Positions 1 to 13,900 are shown, counted from the stretch's first letter. The stretch: DNA of 64,000 nucleotides from Amoebophrya sp. A120 (GCA_905178155.1 CAJINV010000005.1:7742989-7806988), one strand, 5' to 3'. Translations and numbers: made by a program. The notes: generated by a model not told the origin, from the letters alone.

Positions 1-3000
1 TTCGTCCAACGACCGGTGCCCGAAAGTCTTCAGGAGTCGCGGAGGTCACCGACAGAGCTTCAATTTTCCGCCTTTTCACCGGGTACGCGTAGCCGTCGGG
101 CGGACCGGGAACAGACGTGGTGCTAGAAGTTAAAATTGAAATTCTATGCGGAACAAGAACAGGACCGGCAATTAAACCAGTTTTTCCATCCCCAGTCCGG
201 TCGTCCTCATTTTGGTTCCTGCTCACATCGCGCGCCTCCGACTCCAAAGAGTCAGCTCTTCCAGCTTCACCTTTTCTTGCTGCTCGATCCACACTTACGT
301 TTCCGTCGAGCAAGACATTTTGATTTTTGGGAACCAACAGGAAAGACGGCCTTGGCGTCGCTCTTTCAATACTCGCTTGCTCCGCTGCATTTGTTGTAGC
401 GACTCGATGTTCTGGTAGTTCTTGGTGGTTTTCCTTTCCGGCTTCTGTTGCCAAGAACTCTGCTTCTTCCCCCCTATCCGCCATTACCTTTCGTCTCCCT
501 TCAAATCTCACCGTTTTCAATGTTTCCATATCCAGGAAAAAACAACCATCACCATCCATTTTATGCATGACAAACACAAAACTTCAATCATGTTTTGCAT
601 GACAAATTGGATGGGGATGGTTGTGTTTTTTTGGATATTCCACCATCTTCTTGTACACCTCCGAGGTTTCGGGAAACGGAACGAAGTACGCAGTGCAAAA
701 GTATCGTACTCGTAACGTATAAAATGCATTACAAATTTCCTCAGCATGAGAAAGAAAATTTGTAATGCTGATCTACCTCAAGAACAAGATCTGTAATGCA
801 TGATTGCAATACGAGTGCGATACTTTTGCACAGAATACGAAGCTGTCATCCGCACTTCCGTTTTGCAGCCGGTTCAAGTGCCATTGCGTTTGGTCCAGCT
901 CCCGCAACACTGCGCGCGCTTCTATGCTCTGCAAAAGTATCGTACTCGTAGTAATTGCAATCATGCATTACAAATCTCCCTCTGAAGCCAAATCCGCATT
1001 ACAAATTCTATCTTTCATGCTGAGGGAATTTGTCATGCGATTTATACTAGTACGATGCTTTTGCATTTCATAGCTTCCTCCTCCCGCTGCTGAATAAAGC
1101 CTTATGCTGTCCAAAAGTATAATTCGTAGTTATTGTGAATCTGGATCTGATTCTCAAACTCAATCCCATTGCATGCATGCATTTACAAATCTTTGTATAT
1201 TCATCGTTCTTGCCATAGAGCCGCATATACAATTTTCGTTTGCCATGCCGAGCCAATTTCATTTCTTGCTCCAAAAGTTTACAAAGTGCGATCATACTTT
1301 TGCGAATACGTAACCCTTTCGCCTTCGCGATTTCCACCCGCATTTGCAGCAGGTCCTCCCGACGCTTCGCAACGCGCGTTCCCAGCGTTTTGATTTTCTC
1401 TTCCAGCTCCACTGAGTTCATGACTCGGATAATTTGCTCTGCCGGGGCGGAGGACTCAGTTGAAGCGTCGAGCTCGTCCGATTGGTCAGATGAGATGCTG
1501 CCTCTCCTTGTGAATGTCGCAGTTACAACTTCATCAGGTGCTCGCACAACTAAAGAGGTTAAGGCCTGCTCCTGTTCGTCTTGCGGATTCGCAAGAACTT
1601 CTTCTGCATCCGAAACTAGTAGTTGTGAATTTGTACTGCTAGAAGAGGAGGATGCAGTTGCTGGTACTTCTGGTGCTTCTGGCACCTCTGATGCACCATG
1701 CAAAAGTAGAAGAGGTCCACTCGGACCCGCTTCAGTTGCGCCTCCAATCCTATCCTGTGCAAAAGTATCGTACTCGTCGACGTCGTTTAGATGCATTACA
1801 ACTTTTCTGAGCATGAGAGATGAAATAGAAATTTGTAATGCGGATTTACCTTAAGAAAAAAATGAAAATTTGTGACGCATGATTGCAATACGAGTACGAT
1901 ACTTTTGCACAGGATAGATCCCTTTTTCCTCCTCGTGATCCGCAAGAGCCAGGACGTGATCAGCCGCCTGCGCGTCGACCCGCGGTTTTTTCTCCAATCC
2001 CGTCAAAGTTCCACACGCCTCCTCCACTTGTTGCAGCATGGTTTCGATTTTGGACTCCGTACGTTCTACCGCAGCGAGTTCTGAGGACAGGTCGTCGATT
2101 AGTGCGGAAAATGCGTGTTGACAAACGACGTCCTGTCGGCGTGCAGGAAGGAAGCGGAAGCGAAGTGGGAAGACAGGGAGCTGCACATAATAGATCATGT
2201 AGTCAGTGCTGGTCTGTGCTTGTAGAAATTTCATCGGCAAGAACAACCTTCTCATGCGAAGTGGACCACGTATGAGCATCTTTTTTAGTCTATTGCGAAT
2301 TACTGAATTTTTCAAACACGACTCTGCTTGTGATGATGTGCAATTTCTTCAACCTAATGGAGCAGGAGCTTCCACCACCTTTTTACACGGCGACGACACG
2401 ATCTTTCAGCGGGGTAGAAGTGTGCGGCTGCGAATCCGCATGATTTCGGTGCTCAGCTGGGTTGCGCGGTCGGCATATGCGATTGGAAACTAGTAGCACC
2501 ATCGAGAGTAATTGAGATCCAAGAGCTCGAATTCAATCGATCTGATTCATTCCTTCCGAGACATGAAGTCAAAAGTTGGAAAAATATTGCATGGTGACTT
2601 CAGGCATGAAAAGACGTCTATCAAATAAACACGACTCTTGTAATATATAGTGTGACTAAGATGCTGGAGTTTCTCCTACATAACGATACGGCATGATCTA
2701 CTTGCTGCTCCAGCCGATCCTGACCTCCCAGCAGCGCGTTTTCCTCATCTTCCAGAACCACGTCATCGATCTGGGGCTCTTCTTCCCCGAGAAGACTGTC
2801 AGAATGATCGTTCTCGTCGTGCTGGCCGCGCTCCTCGTCGTGCTCAAACTCTTCGCCTTCAATTCTCGCTTCTTGTAGATCATTTTCGTGGGGCGGGTCA
2901 GGTACGTCTTCGTCCGTAATGGTATTCACCCTTCTTTCCGGTTCGTATCCAGAACCACGACCACCACTGTTGTTCGGTCCAGAGACGACCCCGGAGACTC

Positions 3001-3157
3001 CGAGGAACTCTTGCGTTTCAACATGAGCAGCTCGTACCGCCGTCGTGGTCGTGTCCTGATCGACGTCTTGTGCCGCATGATGACCTGCGGAGGACATGGG
3101 AGCAGGGCTATGGGGAGTTGCGTGCTGTGGACTAAAGACGCTGTCGTCAGCCACCAT
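1..3157 (-). CDS. Hypothetical acidic/coiled-coil protein, 3' end runs off the window
   Basis: Joining ORF 2621-3157 via a predicted GT-AG intron (2133-2701) and removing introners 1751-1916, 1103-1312, 923-1072, 687-837, 529-637 (+1 TSD each) gives one open frame ...EIAKAKGFIQQREEEARAVLRELDQTQW...SFVPFPETSEVYKKMVETLKTV... to base 1. The first-exon link is less certain. Confidence 0.6.
529..637. mobile_element. Introner family L
   Basis: TIR TATCCAGGAAAAAACAACCATC; TSD ttcca/ttcca. Confidence 0.9.
687..837. mobile_element. Introner family A
   Basis: TIR TAT-N4-TGCAAAAGTATCGTACTCGTA (left end TAC); TSD cgaag. Confidence 0.9.
923..1072. mobile_element. Introner family A
   Basis: TIR; TSD gcttc. 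Confidence 0.9.
1103..1312. mobile_element. Degenerate family A-like introner
   Basis: Eroded TIR; TSD agcct/accct; removal needed to match the frame of the next exon. Confidence 0.75.
1751..1916. mobile_element. Introner family A
   Basis: TIR; TSD aatcc/gatcc. Confidence 0.9.
2133..2701 (-). other. Predicted canonical GT-AG intron
   Basis: CAA|GTAGAT ... pyrimidine tract GACAG|GAC, phase 0. Confidence 0.5.
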
Positions 3158-4010
3158 GATGCCGTATGTCGTTTTTTTCTGTCCTCGACGCTTTTAGTGA
3201 TAGTGTACATGTAGTTCGCCCCTCTTGTTGCTGGGCGAACAAAGAGTCTGAGTCATACTCATTTTTCACAAAACTTACACTAGCCAATGCCAACATCTGA
3301 TTTATTCGAATTCCGTTTTTAGTTTGATTCAAATCAGCAACTGTAGCTCTGTCCTTGACGCGAGCAACAGCTGCCAAACCAATGAAAAAGCTTTGATTAG
3401 GTTTAGGATTACCAGCAGCGCATCTCTTTTGCTTTCGTTTTTTTGTCGGACCAGGCTTCGATGGGTGCAGCAACCGAGCGTATAAACGACCATCCGCCAA
3501 GCTATACCTCACACGATGCTTTATCAAGAGAAACGAATGACCGACCTTGAAACGAGGTACTGACCGGCGTGAACTCCCGAACCCGATCTTCCATGTGGGA
3601 TTATGTCCTGCAACTTGCGTTCCTTAATATTCATAGAGCGAATGAGTTTCGTTTTTGACGTATAAGAATGGGTACAACGTGTTTCTTGGTACAACTTGCG
3701 CCAGCTTCCTTTCGCAGTTCTGAATGGTGGGTCCACGAACTGGCGGTGGATACTGGCACAGGTCCATGTCCAGCACGAGGACCTGTCGCCGCCTGCATAG
3801 TTCGTTCCGGGTTTCTTGAAAGAAGAATACTCGTCTAACTGTTCGCTGTACAGAATGTGGCTCTTCTTGTAGGAGTTTTGTAAAAGGCTAGAGCTAGTAC
3901 AGAAGATGTTGACAGATGTAGTTGAGGACTACTACAGCAGCGAACACGATCTAACGGCTGTAGTTAGTATACTGTATCAATCCTCGAGTACGAGTACCAC
4001 CACCCATCAT

Positions 4011-4945
4011 TATCCTGTGCAAAAGCATCGCACTAGTAGAAACCAGCCATGCTCCGGCTGCCGCCGGAGCGCAAGGCTGTTGGGTCGGGGCAAGACTGTT
4101 TGCCGATAGGACCACAACCCCGCGGGCCTATGCACAACGAAACACATTGCGCCGCGCCAACCCGCAGGACCACTTGCGCGCTTCCCGCGCCTGTGGGCGC
4201 TCTGCGCAGGGAGCAGCTGCAAAGACCACCGGGGGCGAACAGAAACCGCCCGGCGGGGGAGGGTAGCGCGAGAGGGTGGCGCGAGAGGGTGCGCGAGAGG
4301 GTGGCGCGAGAGGGTGGCGCGGAAAGGCGCCGAACAAAACAGCTCCGCGAATGGCCTGCAGTGCCAAATATGGGTAGTGCCATGCGGATTCGCGCCCGCT
4401 TCTTTGTGTTTTACCCTCTCGCAGACCTCTCGCAGACCCTCTTTTTGGCCTCTTTTGGGGGTCCCCGCTAATAATCCGGCTATACTCGCGGGTAGAGGTC
4501 GACAGAGGTGGCCGAGAGGTGGCCAAGAGGGTCCGCGAGAGGTCGCCCCTTATTCGCGCCACCTCTCGCCACCTCTGTCGAACTCTCGCGCCCCCTCTTT
4601 TTGACCTCTCTGCACCCTCTGAGGCACTTAGGCGCCGCCTTAGGGTGGGTCCTTCGGCGGGCTATACTCGCGCACCCTCTCGCCGGCCCTCTCGAAAGGG
4701 GTCCCGCGCCACCTCTCCACCTCTGTCGACCTCTTTTTTACCTCTTTTGACCTCTTTTTGACCTCTCGGCCACCTCTTGTTTACCCTCTGTCTACCTCTT
4801 TTTTCGCATGAATATAATATATAGTAATCGCATGACAAATCCCCTCAGCACGAAAAGTGGAATTTGTAATGCGGATTTAGGTTAACACGGAGATTTGTAA
4901 TGCATGACTGCGATTACTACGAGTACGATACTTTTGCACAGCATA
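4011..4945. mobile_element. Introner family A with ~780-bp nested GC-rich insert (4040-4821), just 3' of a stop codon
   Basis: Both TIRs; TSD atcat/atcat. Confidence 0.85.
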
Positions 4946-4951
4946 ATCATC

Positions 4952-7900
4952 TCACTCCCGCAACCGGTACTTGCACACCGGACACTGACTGGAGTACCGC
5001 AGTCCTATGCACTGCAAAAATGTCTGGCTCTGGGTGGAGATTGCTAGATTTGTCATGCTTGTTTCACATGACGGCTGTATCTGTGATGCGTGAGCAGGTG
5101 GAAAAAAGCCTCTTCGCCTGTAAGGCATATTAAGTGCAGTTTGCCATGCAGAAAGCGAAGCACAGAGGAGCCCCGAATCTTGTCATGCGTGGCTGCGTAT
5201 TGCAGTACGTGTTCGTGTACGTCCGTCATTCACAAATTAGCATCACAAGTTTCCAGACCCAGACATATTTGAATTTGCAGCGGATAAGCCCAGTCTCGAT
5301 GCAATTTTTGTGAAAACGGTGAAAGCACTCCAGCCGCCCGAGGTCATCCCCCTCTTGAAACGGGCACTGACAGATTGCACAAACTTCCTCTTTATCAAAT
5401 GCAAAAATGTCTGGGCCTGGAAGAATGCGCGATTTGTCATGCGGCTTTTCCATGACCCATGAGGTCTGGAATGCAGGACCTAGCGCGACAGATTCTGTGC
5501 GATCTCTCTCATGCCTATCCTGCATGAGGAACTCCCTCGCGACTTGGTCAAAACTGGACGACTTTTGGTAATCATGCAACACAGATTTTTGCATGCTTCA
5601 GATTTAGCATGACAAGTTGCATTCTTCCAGACCCAGACATTTTGACATTTGATACTCTTCATTCCCTGTCGTCCTACTCGACGACCCCGCTGCTGCTGCT
5701 GGTGCTGACCCTACCGACTCTTTTCCCGCGGGCGGGGCGGAAAGTGCGGATCCAGACGAAGATGCTGGGCCTACGAGCGCCGGGGCCGCGCTCATCGAGG
5801 AGGCCGCGGCCGAAGAACTGCTGCCGCTGTTCTTGCTTTTGAACGTTTCCGCGCCGATTTGGCGGACCAGGCGCTGGTAACTTGGATCGTCGATTTCGTA
5901 GGGATCGTCATCGTATCAAATGCAAAAGTGTCTGGGTCTGGAATGTTGCCGGGTTTGTCATGCATATTTTGCATGACCCAGGATTGTGTGTGATGCATGC
6001 CCTACCATCACAGACTTTTAGAATCCTTCTCGATGCCTACTCCGCATGACAAATGCCCTCGTCCCCGCGTAGCACAAACTAGACTCCTCGTCTTGCTGGT
6101 CATGCAATACAGATTTTTTTAGAGTCCAAAGTTAGCATCACAAGTTCCAACCTTCCAGGCCCAGATGACATTTTTGCATTTGATACGGCAGCTCCGTGAG
6201 CGGCGGCCATCTCTTCCGGGCTGAAAGGGTCAATGAGGTTGCTGTTTATCCTGTGCAAAAGTATCGCACTCGTAGCAATTGCAGTCATGCATTACAATTT
6301 TTTTTCCGAAGGTAAATCCGCAAGACAAATTTCATTTCTCATGCTGAGGAAATAATTTGTATATGCAATTTATACTAGTACGATGCTTTTGCAATTCATA
6401 CTGTTGCTCCCGGAACGAAAGCTACTACCGTAGCCGTAGTCACCGTACGAATCTTCGTTGTTCCCATGATGATCTTCGCCGTCCATGTCAAAGTCTCCGT
6501 CGCTGTCGAGGTCATCATCATCGTCCGACCAATCTCCGTCAGACATAGAAGTACCTTCTCGACGTTCCCGCCTGCGGGCCAACTGCTCTATCCTGTGCGA
6601 AAGTATCGTACTCGTACTAATTTCAATTATGCATGGCAAATCTTGTTTTTAAGGTAAAACAGCATGACAAGTTCCAGTTGTCATGTTGAGCAAATTTGTA
6701 ATGCCATTTACACTAGTACGATAATTTTCCAATGCATATGCTGTGCGTACCGCCGGTCTTCGGCTTCTTGGTGACGGCGCAGGCGTTGCTGCCGGTCCTC
6801 AGACGAGCGGCGGCGGTAGTTGTTGCGGCTGCGGTTATTGGACGGCGAGGACGCGACCGGGGAGCGTGAAATACCGGGAAGGGCGCCGTAACCTACGGAG
6901 ATATAGAAGTTTTTCTCAAATTCTCAAATCAAAGAGCCTGAACTTGAACTATCAGTAGACGTGAAGAGTCTACAACTCGTCGCCCAACTTCCACTGGGCG
7001 AGCACGAGCTCACGAAGAGTCAAGCCAAATAAAACTACTCGGAAGATTTATCGTCAAGCCGTATTTCATCAAGTACAACGACTCGCAGTGGTCTTCGCAT
7101 GACATCAACTACACAGTACCTTGCGTCATGTTGTCCGCGTGTGCCGTATCGGAATTCACGATCAAAATGGTTCCGCCGAGCGGACTATCCACTGCAAATA
7201 TGTTTGGGTACTCAAGATTGCGAGGTTTGTCATGCATATTTTGCATGACCCATCGTGCCTGTAATGCATAACCTAGCATCACATATTTTTAGAGCGCTTC
7301 GTGATGTCCATCCCGCATGAGAAATGCTCTCCTCGCGTAGCACAAACTGGGCTCCTCTTGTTGGTCATTCAATACAGATTCTTTTAGAATCCAAAGACAG
7401 CAACGCAAGTTGCAACCTTCCAGACCCCGACATATTTGCTATGAATACGGAAACAGGCCGGGAAACTTTTCCAGCTCCTTGTACAGGTTGTATCCTGTGC
7501 AAAAGTATCGTACTCGTAGTGATCGCAATTATGCATATACAAGTTTCTTTTTCAAGTTGAATCCGCATTACAAATTCTATTTCTCATGCTGAGGAAATTT
7601 GTCATGCATTTATACGAGTACGATACTTTTGCAGTTCATATGTCGGCCTTCGGGACGATTTCCCGTCGAGCTAACGCACCACTTGTGATCACGACCTGAT
7701 AAGTGGTTTATACATCTCGTTCATGCGAATGCGAAATTCGAAAAAATCCATTTTGCTGCAAAACTTTGCTTGAAATTCATCTTCTCGTGCATTGTGCAAA
7801 AGCGTTCTACTGGTCCTGGCTGCATCCGGATTTTATTAAAATCTTATCAAACTACTAGAAACTGTCACCCCCATTCGATCCGACGCAAACACAGAAATAA

Positions 7901-10900
7901 ACGACTTAGCATTACAAATTCAATTTGTCATGCGAATTTGCCTTAACAAAAAGATTTGTAATGCATAAATGCAAATCAAGTTTGCGCCGGCGGAGAGGAG
8001 GCAAGTTGATACTTTGCTTTCGGTACGCGAAAAAAGCTTGCGGAGACAAAGTCAAACACTGCAAGCGGAACGGAGCGACCATAGTACTCGTAACTACGGG
8101 AAGATTCGTGATCGTCGATTGCGGGTTTCTATCTTTGAGGATGATCTCGTCGCTAGTGCAGCTAGTGGCTAAGTACAAGTAGACAAAAGAAAAAGATAGA
8201 ACTTACAGTTTTTGATCTTCATGAAGATTCCCTTTATTTTAAGCGCTTTTTTTTGAAAAAAATGCTGACCAACAGGTCAAGGATCTTCACTCCACCTCCT
8301 ATTACCGGTCACCACACGAGAAGATTAGAATGATGTCACAGCAAATACCAAAAAAATTCATACCGCCCACGCGTTCTGGCCCTCCTCGCTTGCGATGGGT
8401 GGGAAAGCCGTCTCGATGAAAGTCAACAGTGGCACGCTGCCCGCGTGGTTGGGGTCAAACTCGTGCGAGTTTTCCATTCTGCCGTCCGGAAGCCGGATTC
8501 GGATTTTGCGCATTGTGTGCGGGTATCGGTTCGGTGCGCTCGCTCGCGCGGCAGAGGAGGACGAGGAGGAGGCCGCACCTCCACCAGTAACGGCAGCAAC
8601 AGGGCCACCCGCACCTCTCACAGCGGACGACGAAGAAGAACTCGCCCCCGGAGGTCGTTGTTGATTGTCATTGTGCTGCTGGCACGTCGGCGGCGGGACT
8701 GCAGCGACTCTGGCTGCTGTCGAGGAGGAATTGTTGTTTTTGTTTACGCCAGGAACTACAGCTACGTGAGGAGCAGGAGCATCCTCGCTGTCAGAGATCA
8801 ATTCCACGACCTCGTTAGTACTCGTCGCTGCTCCAGGTGGCTGTTGGTGTAGAGGTCCTTCACCAGGTTGGAGCACAGCCGCAGCGGCCGCTACTCCTGG
8901 TAGCTGGTCCGCGGCACCTGCAGCAGCAGCAGCTCCTGTGGCGTTCTTGCCACCACGAGCAGGAAGAGGAACTCCCTGGCCATCGCCTTGTTTCCCCTTG
9001 CCTTTCGTAGTTCCCTTGTTGTTGTTCCCGCCTGGCCCTGGCGGTTGCACTAGAGTACCGGGAATAAATGCAGCGGAGGAACTAGATGAAGCAGCTCCCA
9101 TATTACCGCCTCCACTTGTACTATTCGGATTTACGACGAACGCGGGCCCCTGCTTTAAAATGTCGTTTTTGAACCCGACCTGCCGCCGCGCTTCGCGGAA
9201 TTCGCGGTCGCGTTTGGCTTCGTCCAGAATTCTTTGCTGCTCTAGAATCTTCTCCTGTCTTTTCCTCTGCATCTCCTCCTGCCGCTGCTGCCGTTCTTGC
9301 TGGGACAATCCGCCGGACGCGGGTATGCACCGCAAACATGTACTCTTGATGTGGCTGATGCACATTTTACAGAACACAGAAATTTGTAATGCATGGTCAG
9401 CATACAAGGTTGTGCAAAAGATTCAACTCCGCATTCGTAGGCAAAAACAAAAAAAACTGCATGACAAACATGGGCACGACTTGATGCCCAGACCCTGCAC
9501 AGGACATGTTTGCAACTGATAGCGGTTGTACAACCGCTAGAGGACCCAGCTCCAGGCGGAAAGACGCTGCGACTGTTCTGCGCGATGACCGCATTGGTAT
9601 TTTTATCATGAGGAAAACTCCCCCCTCCCCATATCGAACACGAAACTTGTGATGCCGTATTTGAGTACACAAATCGACTTGTGTTGCCAGAAGGCCAAGA
9701 GACGCAGTTGTGGCCTCGCTTGCAGGCAATTTGTCTTCATGCTGTTCCCCACTTCCAGCTGTCTCCTGTCATGCTGAAGATGCAAGGCTTTCCCACGCAG
9801 CCCAGCAGTACAGTCCGCATCTTTTCCCTTCTGGCATGACAAAGCTGATTTGTGACCACAAATCTGCATCACAGACTTCCAATGTGATATGGGGAGGGGG
9901 GATTTTTCATTTTGATAATTTTTCTTGACCCGCTTCGGCAAGCTGTCCGTTTCCTTGCTGTTTGGCGAAGCAGCGTTTTGTTCCTGAAGATGAGATGGGT
10001 TCGATTCGGATTCCCCAGTCAAATCCACGATCTCCATCGGTATATTTATTGGAGCCACTGCCTGACTCTCCGGGACGTCAGACTCCCGCAACACTAGCGA
10101 GCATCCGCTGGACCGGCAGAGTTCGCTATCGTCTTGCAGCAACAAGCTCCAGTCTAGGAACACCGTGCGGGGCGGGAAGGCCAGAGAAAGCTTGTAGTTT
10201 TGCAGCTGCTGCCTTGTCACAGGACACCGGATAGCAGTAGTTCTCGCTGTACTAGTACTGGCACCTCCTGCTGCTGCAGGCGCGGGAGTCGGTGTGCTTG
10301 GGGGCGCCCACGCCGGCGCGGAAGTACCAACATTTCCATTCGAAGTAGCCCCACCTCCATCACCGCCGGTTACTACATGATCTTCGGTATCCGTCCCTAC
10401 AAATGCTTCCAGCATCTGCTGCAGCGTTGTTTTCTTCGGGTCAAACGTTTTCGTCTCCCGCCAGCGCTGGCACTGCAGCGTGATCCTCACTTTTGGTTGG
10501 TTCAACTCGTCCTCGGCAATCAGTATGCACTGCAAATATGTCTGGATCGGGAAACCTGTGATCATGCTGAATTGAGCATGATAGAAGCGCTTGCAGTGGC
10601 AGCCAAGCATGACAAGTTTTTGAGTCGCCTGCTGATGCCTAGGTCTAGCACGCATTACAAATTGCCTTTTTGCATGACAAAGCAAGTTTCTCTTTTGCTG
10701 CTCTTCATGCAACACAGATTTTCCAGGAATGCAAGACACGCATCACAAGTTCCACTTTTCCAGACGAAGAGTACACTTTTGCATTTGATAATCAGGTCGA
10801 GAACCGTTTGACTCAGCCGACGTTCATTTGATTGGTCTGAATTCGCATCTATCCTGTGCAAAAGTATCGTACTCGTATTCATGCATTAGCATTACAAATC

Positions 10901-13900
10901 TTTTCCTTAACGTTAACCTTAATCAGCATTACAAATTTTATTTGTCATGCTGAGGAAATTTGTAATGCATTTATACGAGTACGATACTTTTGCAGTTCAT
11001 AGCATCACCTGCAAGAGGACGTGACTCGATCCCTTCCTCATTCAGCGCGCCACTCATCTCATCATCTTGCTCTTCCGCCTCCTGCATTGCAAGTTGCCGT
11101 GCCAAAATCGCATCCAGTCGCGCCTGCCGCTCCTGTTCCGAAAGGTGGTGTGTTGGCTGATCTCCACTGGGCGAACTTGCGCTGGCGGCAGCGGCGTTTT
11201 GCGTTTGCTGTTGCTGCAATCTGTCGACGTAGGATCTGCGTTCCTCTTCCACGCGCTTCAAAATCTCCCTCCGTTCTTCTTCCCGGCGCTTCCGGGTGGC
11301 GGAATGGATGGTAAGGCCTGGGGTGGGAGCCGCGTGGGCGGGGGCGGCTTTCGCAGCTGCATTACCGGTCACTGCCCCGCCCGCTGTTGAAGGTGTCTCT
11401 TGTAGTGCAGTGGCAGCTCCGGCGGAATCAGCACGAGTGGCTTGATGCTGTGGTCCTTGTGCTCCTGGGTTAGAAGTTGTAACTACGGCCGTACCAGGAG
11501 GGGCAGCGACAACTACAACTCCCGCAGTCGAACTCGCAGCTGGTGTGTTAGAACTGGCGCTAATATTTCGTCCTGCTCCATCTCCCGCACTAGTTGTGCC
11601 AGTAGCGGCACCACCACCGCCGCCCATCCTCTTCAGCGCCGCCTCCCGTTGCCGCTGCCGCGCCGCTTCCTGTTCCTCCGCGGTTCTCGTAACAGTTGGC
11701 TGGCTCGCCGCTTTTGCTTTCGCGGCTGCGGAGCGACCGGGGGGTTGGAAATAACCAGCAGAACCGGAGGTTTGAGACGCCCCTGCTCCGATGCCCCGAA
11801 TGCGGCTGGTATCCATCAGGCCGCCAAACATTGCTCCACCAGCTGCGCGTGCGCCCCCGCGGCCGCCCAAAGTGTTCCCGACAAAGCCGCCGGCATTCGC
11901 ATTTGATGGCCGGAACATGCTGGTGCCTCCGAAAATTTCCCCAAATTGTCGCTGGAAAACACTATCGTCGTCGACACTTTCATCATGATCGTCTTCATCA
12001 TGTGTACCTCCGCCAGCTGGCGAGTTCTCGTTGGGGTCGTCGTCTCTATCTTCCACTACGTCGGGCATTTGCTCATCCTCCTCCTCATCGTCTCGGTGCG
12101 CCGACACAGCACGACCTCCGCCGAAGTAGATTATTCCCTCATCTGCAGTACCCGCATCGGCATCGGCATTCGCTCCTGCCCGCGTACTAGCCACAACACT
12201 TCTACTGCTGTTGTTGGCACTCGCTCTGGCCGCGCCAGAAGTTCCGGCAGTATTTGATGGTACCACCACTTCCCGATCACAGAGTATCCTCGTGCAAAAG
12301 TATCGCACTCGTACCAGCCGCAGTATGTACTGCATGGCAGATTATGCTCCCTATACCCTCTTAATACCTGAATCAGCATTACAAACTCCACGTTTGTGTT
12401 GCGATTTCTACATACTAGGTAGCACAACACTTTTGCAATGCATACAGAGAATCAAACACCCACTCGGCACCACTCCTGCCTCGCGCAACGTCGCCGTCTC
12501 TAATTCCCCCACACTCCACTTTTTAAACGGGGGAAAACCCTGCCGCAGAGCCGGACGCGATTTTTCATCTGCAGAGGTGGTAGCTCCATTTCCAGCCGTA
12601 GAAGAAGCTGCTGAGTTCGCTTTCGCTAACTCTCTGTTCTGCAATTCCCGCGCCTCCTCGATCATTCGCATCGTCTGCTCGCGAAACTGCGGGTTCGCAT
12701 TTTCGTGGAAGGGTAAGGATGCGTTGCGTAATTTCAGCAACTCCTCCTTCGCGAATTCGTAGACATCGGCTAGCGACGCTGACCCGTTAAACGCCGTCGT
12801 GTTGATCGCGAACTGTGTGTGCTTCTCCGACTTGATTTGCAACCGACAGGACGCGTTTGCGGGAGGCAGAGAAGGGCTAGCGCAAGTGTTTATCCCAGAT
12901 TTCAGCCCCGATGAGCTGGCTGCGCCTCCTGCTTGCGGGTGTTGCAGTGCTCCTGTATTGCTATTGGCACCAGTGACTGCTGTTCCTGTTCCTGCCCCGG
13001 AAGTAGTGGTCGCAGTATTTTTCGCGGTCGGTATGCAGTGCAAAAGAAAAAGTATCGCACTCGTATAAATGCATATACAAATTTCCTCAGCATGAGAAAT
13101 AAAATTTGTCATGCAGATTTAACTATAAGAAAAAGATCTGCGATGCATGATTACAATTACTACGTACGAGTACGATACTTTTGCAGTTCATAGTCGGATT
13201 GTGCAGCTCGTTGTACAGTGCCCGGTCCTATCCTGTGCAAAAGTATCGCATTCGTATAAATGCAAGACTTGCATTACAAATCTTCTTCTTAAGCTAAATC
13301 CGCATTACAAATTATATTTCTCATGCTGGGGAAATTTGTAATGCATTTATACGAGTACGATACTTTTGCAATGCATAGGTCCTGTTCAAACCGGAGTCGC
13401 TCCAACCGCAGTTTTTCCTCTTTTTCCAATTATGCATTGCAAAAGTATCGTACTCGTAGTACTAATCGCAATTATGCATGACAAAAATCTTTCGCAAGGT
13501 AAATCAGCATGACAGATTTCAGTTGCCATGTTGAGCAAATTTGTAACGCTAACGATACTTTTGCGATCCATACCAATTTTTTCGCCGCAATCGCCTGCTC
13601 TCTCCTCCGCCGCTCCTCCTGGCTGATCCCTACGGGACCGGAAGGTGGTTGCGAGGAGGCAGCAGCTGATGGAGGTTTTGCTTTCGCTTTATTCCCGGAT
13701 GGAGCAGCTTTCTCCGACACTGTGCAGGCACCAGGTGCCGCATTTTTTTGCCCGTTCGTTGACGAAGACACCCCTGCTCCGGAGGCCAAGTTTAGCACTG
13801 GTTGATCATGTGAGATTGCCTGTTGGTGTGAAGCCGGGCCGTTCTGATGTTCTTGCGGCACTACAGCAGCTCCACCTCCTGCAGATGAAACTCCTCCTGC

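Noticed and set aside
3147-3900. ORFs 3147-3527 and 3524-3736 as genes
   Set aside because: No recognisable domain, frames do not join, no introns; treated as probable spacer or UTR.
10845-11006. Idea that terminal ATA plus a G from the TSD always supplies an AG acceptor
   Set aside because: Many TSDs do not start with G on the sense strand, and the stop codon at 53550-53554 places the junction later in the TSD.
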